From Hormiphora californensis (lineage: Eukaryota; Animalia; Ctenophora): a stretch of DNA of 64,000 nt. Each line of letters begins with the position of its first letter. The stretch's first letter is position 1. A program made the position numbers and the translations under genes. The DNA lies in contig CM035355.1 of NCBI GenBank assembly GCA_020137815.1, forward strand, positions 4,402,001 to 4,466,000, in the 5' to 3' direction. Positions 53,315-64,000 of the stretch are shown piece after piece. Below the pieces are notes generated by a model, which did no database searches, had not been told where the DNA came from, and saw nothing but the letters and a program-made list of their open reading frames with translations.

Positions 53315-54465
53315 ATAATATAATATAATCGTGATAAAACTGGTGTAATTGGAGGTCTATACAGATGCCACCCACAATTGCAAAGAGCCCCACCGCAGGA
53401 AACTTCTTGTATTGTTCATACAAGGGTCGGTGTCACAGCACAAGAAGCTTTATAGGCAGGGATCAGCGGAAAAATAACAAAACCCTGCCCTATATTATAA
53501 TTGATAAATAAAATAAAAGGCTGATAGAAGATAATAACAATGCTAAAACACCGGGACTACTACTTTTAAACAAAGTAGACTGAATGTCTCATGGAGCCGG
53601 ATTCGGAGTTTCTTTAGGATTAGCCCTAGCTAAACCCCTAATAATGAGCAGATCAATAACAGGAATGACAACTTGCTAAATTGTTTCTAGCCACAAACGA
53701 ACCCAAATTCTTGGCTGCTATAACAGGATCACCGGCTATTGATTCGGCTATTGGTAAATTAAATAAAAGGCTGATAGAAGATAATAACAATGCTAAAACA
53801 CTGGGACAACTACTTTTAAACTAAGTAGACTGAATGTATCATGGAGCCCTGATATAGTTAGACACAACGCTGCTAACTGATGTAATCGGAGAAGGCAACT
53901 GACACCTGAACCCAGCTCAGTGTAAGCGGTAAATCATAATCTCATTATCTTGGGTAATTGAATTCCACTAACTAACCAATCAGCGATCTCTGTGAGTTGT
54001 CACGTGACACACACGTATATAGGTGTGGAGGGGAGGGGCTGAAGAGCGCTGATAATAATAAAAAGGTGTGTGACACCGTGTGTCTCGGTGCTAAACATGG
54101 AAATGATACCTGAGGATGGAGAAGTGGGTTGAACATGAGATACCAGTTATAATTTGGCACGTATATCTATGTGTGTGGAGGGGAGGGGCTGGAGAGACAC
54201 ACCTTATAATCATGGCTTGATCAGAGCCCAGATAATAAGGTGTGTCTTGGCGCATTCTTTCGGATAGCGAGGAGGAGAGAGTTCTGAACAGGATGGGGGC
54301 GGGATATGGGAAACCAAACTTCCCAACCATGCCCACAGAGATCAGTTATGACATCTCATATTAGAGCCTTTCTAAACGAGACAAAATCTCGTATGAGGCA
54401 GTTATAACTGCCTCCTATAGTTGGTAGATACTGGTCTAGAAAGATATTTCGACTCTAACTGCTGG

Positions 54466-55467
54466 TAGTTAGGGGTAATAACACCGAATATCGCCTTGAC
54501 TGGGAAAAAATTTGTGTCAAGCTAATTTCTTCACTAACGTGTCCCAATAGGTCCCCTCTAGCCCTCCTGAGTTTTTCCAAACTCGGGATGGGGTGCAACA
54601 TGTTCATTTCCGGGTGGGCGTGGTACCTGTATTTTCAGCCTGAGGCCAAAACCATAAGTACCCTTAAAATAGGAGTAGACATAAAATCGAGGGCACTAAA
54701 GTTATCAGCGTCCTCGCATTAGTGGGGGTAGGTGCTGGAATTAATTCTCTATCTCATCTGGTTAATTAGATAATTGGATAATTAGGTTTGCGCATAAACG
54801 TTTTTTGGCTATATGGCTATAGCCACTTAGGAATGGTTTAGAGACTTTTCACTGGTGCCATTTTGTAGGCAATAGCCAAGTTATGGGGGGTCGACGTCGG
54901 ACTTTTAAGCTCTATCTCCAACCGTTTAGTCGTTATGTGGCTTGAAAGTCGCTCAAAATTAGCAAAAAACGGTAAAAAGCCCGATTTTGAGCGACTTTCA
55001 AGCCACATAACGGCTAAACGGTTGGAGATAGAGCTTAAAAGTCCGACATCGACCCCCCATAACTTGGCTATTGCCTACAAAATGGCGCCAGTGAAAAGTC
55101 TCAAAACCATTTCTAAGTGGCTATAGCCATATAGCCAAAAAACGGTTATGCGCAAACCTAATTATCCAATTATCTAATTAACCAGATGAGATAGAGAATT
55201 AATTCCGGCACCTACCCCCACTAATTCGAGGACGCTGATCACTTTAGTGCCCTCGATTTTATGTCTACTCCTATTTTAAGGGTACTTATGGTTTTGGCCT
55301 CAGGCTGAAAATACAGGTACCACGCCCACCCGGAAATGAACATGTTGCACCGCATCCCGAGTTTGGAAAAACTCAGGAGGGCTAGAGGGGACCTATTGGG
55401 ACACGTTAGTGAAGAAATTAGCTTGACACAAATTTTTTCCCAGTCATACGACTACCGCCCCTAACTA
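54466..55467. mobile_element. Academ-type foldback MITE copy 2 (1002 bp)
   Basis: Same TAG...CTA termini. 3-bp TSD TGG (54463-65 / 55468-70). Keeps ~97 bp of the centre that copy 1 lacks. Confidence 0.87.
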
Positions 55468-55968
55468 TGGTTAGAGTTTGAACCATTACCGGCTACTAGT
55501 GGTGCGAGTGATGGTGCTCACGACTGGCCTCTCTGGGATTTAATGACAGAGGTAGACAGCTCAAGTGTCTGTGAGCTGTCACGTGACACACACACATATG
55601 TGTGGAGGGGAGAGCCCTGAATCCTGATAATAAGGTGTGTCTCGGTGCTAAACATGGAAATGATGGCTGAGGATGAAGAAGTGGGTTGAACATGAGATAC
55701 TAGCCAGTTATAATTTGAGTAACCCATCCTTATTTTCTAGATATCTGTTTAATAAGCGGCGTTCTTGAAAACTTGCCGAAAAGGAAGCCAAGCCAACTAC
55801 ATCGACTCGTTAAGGGAAAGACAAAGGATGAAATAATCCGATTCCCAAGACAAACAAAGGCAAACAAAGAGGATTAAAGTACATACACACCCTTTGGAGT
55901 GAGCGGCAAAATAACAAAGCTATAACATAATTGATAAAAGCTGACAATAGATAATAACAATGCTTTAA

Positions 55969-55997
55969 GGGTACGCTAACCAAAACATTTTTTCGAG
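55969..55997. mobile_element. Orphan Kolobok family A-like left end
   Basis: TTAA + gggtacgctaaccaaaacattttttcgag, then diverges. Confidence 0.6.
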
Positions 55998-56037
55998 CCT
56001 AATTGGAAATTCTCCACACAGCATTATGACTTCAAAC

Positions 56038-56436
56038 ATGGTGTCAAGTAGCGAGGAGGAGAGGCAGACAACGGCGGTGGGGGAGGCAAGGGAGCCCACG
56101 TGCGGGAGGAAGGGATGTAACAGGCACGTCACCCTGCAGGATGGGAGGTTATGGTTGGTCAGGGTGTGCATTACTTGCTTTGAGGACCTGGAAGGGAACG
56201 AGGCGGACATCAGGATGGGGAGAGCAGTATTAGATATAGAACTGGAAGGATACAGCCAGGCAGAGTCCTTTAGAAGGATCTTGACAAGGGCACGGGGCGG
56301 GCTCGACAGCATTATGGGGAGGGCTCAAATGGCGGCGTATTACCTTCATAGGGCGGAACGAGGTGCAAACACATTAATAGAGGAACTAGGATTGGCACAG
56401 GAGGTACTTAGAGAACTTAGGGGACGGGCGGTATAG
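56038..56436 (+). CDS. Unknown Cys4 (Cx4C-x15-16-Cx2C) plus helical protein; diverged homolog at ~58705-59010
   Basis: CGRKGCNRHVTLQDGRLWLVRVCITCFEDLEG.. aligns without gaps to CGRRDCNRRVGPEDGRLWKVRLCIWCFEDLEG.. over ~100 aa. Substitutions look conservative and neither copy has a stop. Confidence 0.55.
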   Translation: MVSSSEEERQTTAVGEAREPTCGRKGCNRHVTLQDGRLWLVRVCITCFEDLEGNEADIRMGRAVLDIELEGYSQAESFRRILTRARGGLDSIMGRAQMAAYYLHRAERGANTLIEELGLAQEVLRELRGRAV

Positions 56437-56623
56437 GGGAGGTCAATCAAAATAAGCACTTTTATAATTGTACATTCAATTCAGAGTAATTTATTGAAAA
56501 TGCTGTGTCACTTACACCACCCGCCTAGATTATATGTGTCTATCTCTATCTCTCCTTTTCGTGCTCTCTTTTCTCGTTATCCTTCACACTCTTTCTTTCA
56601 CTCCCACTTTCTCTTTCCCTTAA

Positions 56624-57092
56624 AGTGAGAGTGGACCGAATCAGAATTGGACAAGTTTGTTATAGGTAGTAGAGAATAGCTCTCTGAGCATTTTGCCTTT
56701 TTGCCGCTCAAAATCGACCCACCCATCACTGAGATATTTTTGTTATGTTGGGAGAATTCCTGCTGGATCAGTATTTATCAAACAAGATAGAAACAATCCT
56801 TGTGTTTTACTAACACATTCTTTAAATTTTTAATATGCTGGCTTGCATTGCCCGGCTTCTGTGCATGGACATGTTAACCTCACTGCTTATATTCAGAATG
56901 TGTTAGTAAAACACTACGATTGTTTCTATTCTGTTTTATACATACTGATTAAACAGGAGTTCTCCCAACATAACAAAAATATCTCAGTGATGGGTGGGTC
57001 GATTTTGAGTGGCAAAAACGCAAAATGCTCAGAAAGCTAATCTCTACTACCTACAACAAACTTGTCCAATTCTGATTCGGTCCACTCTCACT
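56624..57092. mobile_element. Kolobok-type MITE, family B (469 bp)
   Basis: TTAA TSD (56620-23 / 57093-96). Ends AGTGAGAGTGGACCGAATCAG...CTGATTCGGTCCACTCTCACT. ~200-bp imperfect TIRs. Confidence 0.88.
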
Positions 57093-57096
57093 TTAA

Positions 57097-57248
57097 CCTC
57101 TTTTTCTCACTCTTCTCTCGCCCTCCCTGTTTCTCCCCTTTTTCACCCTCTCTTTATCCCTCTCTCTCTCCCTCTCTCTCTTTTATCTCTTCCTCATTCT
57201 CTCACTCTAATCTATACCTTTCCCGCGCTCCCTTTTCCCACAATTTGC

Positions 57249-57311
<63 letters not shown>

Positions 57312-57365
57312 TCTCTCTTTCCCTTTCTCGCTTTGCTCTCTCGTTTCTCTCTCTTTACTTTCTCG
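57097..57365. repeat. CT-rich low complexity with (CT)n core 57249-57306
   Basis: Direct reading. Continues the CT-rich tract 56540-56620 that the Kolobok MITE splits. Confidence 0.9.
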
Positions 57366-57782
57366 ATATGACCCCTTCCCATTTATACAAATTACTTACT
57401 ATAACTTAACCATCCCTCTGTATATTTTCAAAGTATCTTCGCAATGAACCAATCAAGAATGAACAGGTGGCAGGCGGCGGCAGTGGAAGGAAAGGGGGCG
57501 GAGGCGGCGGTAGGAGGAGCGGCGGCGGAGGCAAAGGAGAACATTAGAAGATGGTGTTCGGTCACGACTACAGCACCTCCTCTCAGTACGCGCTCAAAGA
57601 GGCAGAGGAAGAGAAGCATGTGCAAAGGAGAACATTAGAAGACGGAGTACGGTCCCGCCTACAGCACCTCCAAGGAGGTAGAGGTAGAGGCAGCCAGATT
57701 TATTATCAAGAGAAGCATGTGCAAAGGATGACCATGATCTATCCAATTCCCAAGCTTACATACACTCTCCCTGTAAAATATA

Positions 57783-58062
57783 CAGGGTGGTTCAGAAACA
57801 TGGAGCCACTTGGAGATAAAAGTTGGAAAAATACAATCCTCTCTCTATTGTACGGATCAAAATTTCAACGTGTTACCCTGTCAGTTGACAGGCTGATAAT
57901 CTTTATGAAAGAGTGACTCTCTGTCGATCCCAATCCTCAGGGGACACCTTTTCTAGCCAATAGACCGTGAAAATACGTTTTCAATTACACTGTACATTGG
58001 AGAGCGAACTGTATTGACACATTAGTTATCTCAAAGTGGCTCCATGTTTCTGAACCACCCTG
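57783..58062. mobile_element. Tc1/mariner-type MITE (280 bp), copy 2
   Basis: TA TSD; same TIR as 15992-16271. Confidence 0.93.
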
Positions 58063-59111
58063 TAATATAATCGTGATAAAACTGGTGTAATTGGAGGTCT
58101 ATACAGATGCCACCCACAATCAAAGAGCCCCACCGCAGGAAACTTCTTGTATTGTTCATACAAGGGTCGGTGTAACAGCAGAAGAAGCTCTATAGGCAGG
58201 GATCAGCGGTAAAATAACAAAACCCTGCCCTATATTATAATTTATAAATAAAATAAAAGGCTGATAGAAGATAATAACAATGCTAAAACACCGGGACTAC
58301 TACTTTTAAACAAAGTAGACTGAATGTCTCATGGAGCCCTGATATAATAAGACACAACACTGCTAACTGATGTAATCGGAGAAGGCAACTGACACCTGAA
58401 CCCAGCTCAGTGTAAGCGGTAAATCATAATCTCATTATCTTGGGTAATTGAAATCCACTAGCTAACCAATCAGCGATCCCTGTGAGTTGTCACGTGACAT
58501 ACACGTATATCTATGTGTGTGGAGGGGAGGGGCTGAAGATCCCTGATAATAATAAAAAGGTGTGTCTCGGTACTAAATATTTAATGGAAATGATACCTGG
58601 GGATGAAGAAGTGGGTTGAACATGAGATACTAGCCAGTTCTAATTTGGGTAACCGGTAAGCCCATCCTTATTTTCTAGATATTTGTTTACTGAGTGGAAT
58701 CAGGATCTGTGGGAGGAGGGACTGCAATAGGCGAGTCGGCCCGGAGGATGGTCGGCTATGGAAGGTTCGGTTATGCATTTGGTGCTTCGAGGACTTAGAA
58801 GGATACGAAATGGACATTAGAATGGTGAGGGCGGTAGCAGACGTGGAGTTGGAGGGTGAGAACGGGTGCGATGAATACCGTCGCATATTATCGAGAGCGC
58901 ATGGTGGACACGATAGCATCACGGCTAGGGCACATTTAGCTTCTAGCTACCTGTATAGGGCGGAATTGGGAGCAAATAAATTAATGGAGGAGTTGGAGTT
59001 GGGACAACCGGAAACCCGGCAAATGCTATTATTAGCCATCAGGTTTTCTTATACGAGAACTAGTGTGTTGTGGGCGGGTAGGTTATTAGCACGGGAAAGG
59101 GCGGGGTACGC

Positions 59112-59340
59112 GCCTACGTGGATGCTTGGGAATCGTACAGGGTGGCGGCGAGGATCAGTCCCGGGGACGCCCAAATGGTGTTTCCCACCTATTTGGACGA
59201 GGTGTCGGCGATGAAGGTCCGTGAGGACGAGGAGGCCAAGGTGGCCACCACATGGGAGGCCTACAAGGAAAGAGTTGTAGAGCTGCTAGCTCCGAGGGAG
59301 CTTAAGGTAGTAGCAATCTCTAAGTTTCGGAACTTAAAAC
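59112..59340 (+). pseudogene. LTR-retrotransposon (Ty3/gypsy-like) Gag capsid fragment
   Basis: YVDAWESYRVAARI..FPTYLD..TWEAYKERVVELLAP..AISKFRNLK resembles the retrotransposon gag WxxxKxxxxxxxxP...AxxxFxxL pattern. Confidence 0.5.
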
Positions 59341-60271
59341 GTTTGCTCCTACGTATTGACATACCGAGTAAACGATGAGGGCCTAGCACAGGCCTGGGCG
59401 ATAAAGGGAAGTCTACAGGCCACTGGGCCCCACGTCACCCTAGGTGGGCTAAGGACAATTATCGAGGACGCATATAGAAGTGGGAGGCAATCCGTGCCCT
59501 CTCCTTAGTCCCCCCTCCTCCGTTTCGGCCCATATCACCACTCCCATTTTTCAAGAAACAGAAGAAAGAGTTTGAGGTTGACATTGATATTAATTTAAGT
59601 GAAAGTGAGCTGCAAAACTATAAGATAGTTGAGTCCCTGATACAAAGTCATATGTCTGGGACTGAGTAATACGAGAAGTCACTAAAGCTGAGATCTAAGT
59701 GTTAGTGTATAGGTAAGTATAAGGTAAGTATAGAGTATAAAATATCTCAACGCCCCTCTTCAGAAGGAAGAGCATGTATGGGACTTGAAATCCCTCCCCC
59801 ATCTCAAGATTATCCTGATACCCAGGGCCCAGGGAAAGAGCGAACCCTGTTCATGCACCTATCCAGAAACAGACACACCAGTCCTCGATTGCAGACCCGA
59901 GGGGCGCCACTAAGAGGATTCATCAGGAAGTGTAGGGAGATGATGGCGAGAGAAGAAGGGACTGTAGAAGATGATCATGAATTGCCGGAGTACATACCCC
60001 CTCAATACAAGGAAATTTGCAACGAGGACACACGTACTGTCCATTTAGTGAAAAATAAAGGAGAGGATGGGGGATTTACACCGTTGCAGATGCAACAGAT
60101 GAATCAAGCAATAAAAAATCAGGTGTAGGACAGCCAGTCACGGAAAGAGCCCCATTCAGCTCATTAGTGGCATATGCATACATGTAATAAATTTAATAAT
60201 CTAAAATTTAAATAAAACTCACGCCCATTATCAATTCATTTGTTTGGTTGTCCAGCTTGATATGAGTCTCA

Positions 60272-60454
60272 TGATGATATAATTATGCTGTAATGATATG
60301 GACAATTGAGACTCGTTGGATTACAGAAATCCAACGAGTCTCAATTGTCCATATCATTACAACATAATTATATTATCAATTCATGTCAATCCAACGAGTC
60401 TCAATTGTCCATATCATTACAACATAATTATATTATCAATTCATGTCAATCCAA
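60272..60454. repeat. 51-bp hairpin whose right arm is tandemly duplicated (60-bp period)
   Basis: 60272-60322 is the reverse complement of 60328-60378 (5-nt loop acaga). 60328-60387 repeats at 60388-60447. Confidence 0.92.
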
Positions 60455-61444
60455 ACCCAATAATTTCCGACTAAATTAGCAATGGTAGGAAAGCGAGTCC
60501 CGGGTAATCCCGGATCGCTTTAGAAGGGGGTTTGGGAGAGGGGCGTGTGAGGGCCCTCCTACACCCGGAAGAGTCATACCTTCGTCCAAGCAGTGGACAA
60601 ACCAACTTGAATATTGAAGTTTCCTTCAACGTTCAGTACTTTCCTGTTTTTTTTTCAGATTAGAATGAAGATCTTCAGCTTCAAGTGAATGAAGGGAGAA
60701 AAAGAGAGGCTATATTGACTCAAAAAATGTCTGAAAGCGAAAGGACAATTAAAAGGTTCAAAAGTACTTTGAGTCGCTTACTGGACAACGAGATGGATGA
60801 ACGTGGAAGCCAGTATGATCTGTTCGAGGATAGTGGAATTCTAACTCTATCTGATACTTTCTGGTTTACATGTGAGGGTGGAGAAAGCATCGTTCTCCTG
60901 GAAAGTTATCCGTTCAACAATGAAAGATATGTTCTCATCAGATAATGTAGGTAAATATACTGTCACGTGTGTATAGTGTTTTCACGTACAAAGTAGCTTG
61001 ATTATATGGAATTAATAAATTCTAAATTGTTTTCAGGTATTCCGAATTCAACTGTTCATTTCTACGGGAATGACGGTGTGTGTATTTTCAAGTATCTGGT
61101 TACCCGAGATGACCCACAATGGTAAGACAGAACAATCAAGATTGATGAGAGTGAGAACTGAGAGGATGACCCCGCAATGGGTCATATCCTTCTCTAACAC
61201 TCCTAGTGATATATAATAACGTGATAAATTATATAAGTTAAATAAATTTCTCATGACCAATATCATTTCAGGTCGACCCACATTCTAGTGTAACAGGAAT
61301 GTAGTCAATGAGGATGATCAGATTCCGCAGCGAGAGGAATGTAGTTGATATATCAATTTGATTTGAACTATTATTAATATAATGTACAAACTAGACGAGA
61401 GTGAGAGTGAGGACAAGACGCTGTATAAACTATCCTCCGCTAAC

Positions 61445-62567
61445 ACTCCTATATAAAATAAATTGGTTGATTATAACATAAATAAATTAGCTCGACCCAT
61501 ATAAAATGGGGGCATAAAAATATTAGGCAGCACGCCAAAGGAGCCAAAGCTCAGATTAGCTCTTAGCGCCATGAGATGAATGACAGTGCAACAACGTCAA
61601 TGGCTCAGAGACAGCCTAGTGGACGCCAATACAGGATACTCAGCCAGGAACTTGGAGGATCGTTGGAGGATCCCGATGGCCGATATTGAAAAAGAGATTC
61701 CAATATTAATGGTCCCCTAGGAATCCCCGAAGTACATAATAAACCGATCAGTGTGTATCTTTGTGTTTCAATGAAACTTAAATCAACCTTCGTCCTCTCA
61801 GGCAGCTTGCTACAATGAAACACATCGATGCCCTTCTGTGTGACCTAGACACTTCTTGTGTAATTGGAGATTTGGCTTATACCTTAAAGTTACTCGCCTA
61901 CGCATTTCCAACACCACCTTCAACCTTCAACCGTCTGACTTCTCAAGAAATAATCACTGAGGAGTAAAAGATTGACCTTCTGGATAAACGGACACTTAAA
62001 AATGTTCAGGAAGATTGGACTGGACCATATCATATTTGGGGCATGTGAAGACTGAACCAGGGCTGAAGCGGCAGTATTAAAAAGCATGATGCTTTCAAAT
62101 AACGATGTGAAAAGGATAGAGGACGAAATGACTAAACTTATGTATCCGAATGAAGTTAACAAAGCCATTGAACTTTCTGGAGACCAAGTAGCATGTATAA
62201 AGAAGGCATTAGAAAAAGTGTATGTCCTTACTACACTAAAAACAGGCAAACTGATTTGAATGGTATGGTATATATAATCAATATATTGATTTTTCACTCC
62301 TATATAAAATAATTGGTTGATTATAACATAAATAAATCAGCTCGACCCATACAAAATGGGGGCATAAAAATATTAGGCAGCACGCCAAAGGGGCCAAAGA
62401 CACGACCAGCAAAGTGAAGATACTCAACTTCCCACTAACTACACGATCAAACAATTAAAGAGCACAAAGTGGTGGTATCACTTACGCTAACGGGTATCGA
62501 GATTTTGTAATGAGAAGGACGCATGTTCAAGGAAGAAAACCGAGACCAAAGGTAATTTTTCACTCAG

Positions 62568-62598
<31 letters not shown>

Positions 62599-63510
62599 AG
62601 GGTTTTTAGTATACCGCTCAGTCCAGACAGGGCTGGATCATTGACATGAGTCCAACACTGCCCAGATTCAGAGCGGTACACCAAGGTTGCTAATATCCTG
62701 ACTCACTTAGAACAAAATAGACACATCTACTGATTATATACTCCAAAAATTGAAAAAAGCCTAAGGAAAAACGGGACACATAAACTTCTGGAAAACAACT
62801 TGTTAGCTGAAATTAAATAACAGACTATAAATCGAGATAAAGAAACAAAGCCAGTAGCCCTCATGCTACAAATAAATTGGTTGATTATAACATAAATAAA
62901 TCAGCTCGACCCATATAAAATGGGGGCCTAAAAAATATGAGGCAGCACGCCAAAGAGACATTGAACTGGAGACCAAGTAGCATGTACAGCGTGTAAACGG
63001 AGTTGTAACCATAGCCAACTTGGAACAGTTCCAGGTGACAGGTACAGAGCGAGACACAGTCAGCACCGGGAAGAAAGCAAGAGGAGGAGGAAAAATCACA
63101 GAGGAACAGACAAGAAATTGTAAACTGTACGCAAATGAGTTTTAATTTAATAAATGACTTTGGGGCCAAAGACACGACGAGCTAAATGACGATACTCAAC
63201 TTCCCACTAACTGACACGATCAAACAATTAAAGAGCACGTTTACCTTGAACCTTCTTTACCTTGTTTAACCATCTGAGTTTACTCTTTGTACGGATTGGA
63301 TCGGTTCGTTTCCCGCAACGCCCCTGCAACCCTTCCCCCCACACTACACCCACCCGAAACAGTGGTAGCAGTGAAGTGTACAACCGATGCCGTCTGATAT
63401 TCAACCACCGTCGACGATACTCCGGGATACTCAACTTCCCACTAACTGACGCGATCAAACAATTAAAGAGCACAAAGTGCTGGTATCACTTACGCTAACG
63501 GGTATCGGGT
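61445..63510. repeat. Local scaffold repeats interleaved with unique inserts
   Basis: aattggttgattataacataaataaat(t/c)agctcgacccat..ggcagcacgccaaag at ~61460, 62311 and 62875. gatactcaacttcccactaact..cgatcaaacaattaaagagcac at ~62419, 63191 and 63426. Confidence 0.9.
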
Positions 63511-63589
63511 ATTATAATGTGATAATTTATAACTTAAATAAATAAACTAAGGGTCGAAGCAACCATTCCTCCGCCGTTATTATCTTAAG

Positions 63590-64000
63590 CAGGGTGTGAA
63601 CTGCATGTCGTGTTTGCTAGTCGCGAGCGCGCTTGCGAGACAAGCAAACACGTCAAGGTTCATTAACAAGCATGCTGCTCAGTCATTTTAGATTTAATAC
63701 ACAATGTAAGGATACCATGTAATAGGTGAGACTCTTGCCGTCACCCTCGTTCAAGTCCCGTGAAAAACGGAGCAGTACACGCAAACTGATGCCCATTTTC
63801 CTCGCGTGACCCCGATTCAGCAGTTTGAGACACCAACTCTTTAGGGGGCCATATCTCAGGAACCAGACAAGATAGGAAAAATCGCCGTCTAACGAGGCGT
63901 ACAGTTTTTAATCTAGTTTACCACTGTACCGGCCGTTTCACTCTCCGACCTAAAACAAAAATCACAACCCCACAAAACTTCAAAATAATGAAATTCGCAT
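63590..64000. mobile_element. Left part of a probable MITE, truncated by the window end
   Basis: Begins cagggtgtgaac. Hairpin cgtgtttgct..agcaaacacg. MITE-like internal text (ccatatctcaggaacc). The partner end is not in the window. Confidence 0.35.

Overview
Eukaryotic (animal-like, AT-rich, repeat-dense) DNA with no intact conserved host gene and nothing prokaryotic. All family calls are by-eye motif recognition; no searches were run. Three layers are visible. (1) A background mosaic of short (60-700 bp), decayed protein-coding fragments from many unrelated mobile elements: Academ XPG/Cys8, Polinton-type pPolB, copia integrase, hAT transposase, LINE ORF1/APE/RT/RNase H, Penelope RT, RecQ-like helicase and gag. 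All of the roughly 15 I can recognise lie on the + strand. They are separated by locally re-iterated AT-rich scaffold sequences, and many are bracketed by 18-140 bp direct repeats. (2) Young non-autonomous DNA transposons with clean ends and target sites: Kolobok-type (TTAA), Academ-type (3-bp TSD), hAT, Tc1/mariner, Helitron and Helentron-like. These include a three-level nest and an apparent TTAATTAA excision footprint. (3) A ~9.6 kb 28/33-bp satellite plus microsatellites. Leading hypothesis (inference): a unistrand, flamenco-like piRNA-cluster or TE-fragment library that grows by insertion with flank duplication, giving a CRISPR-like repeat-spacer architecture in an animal. The host may be a marine invertebrate such as a ctenophore, but this is unverified.
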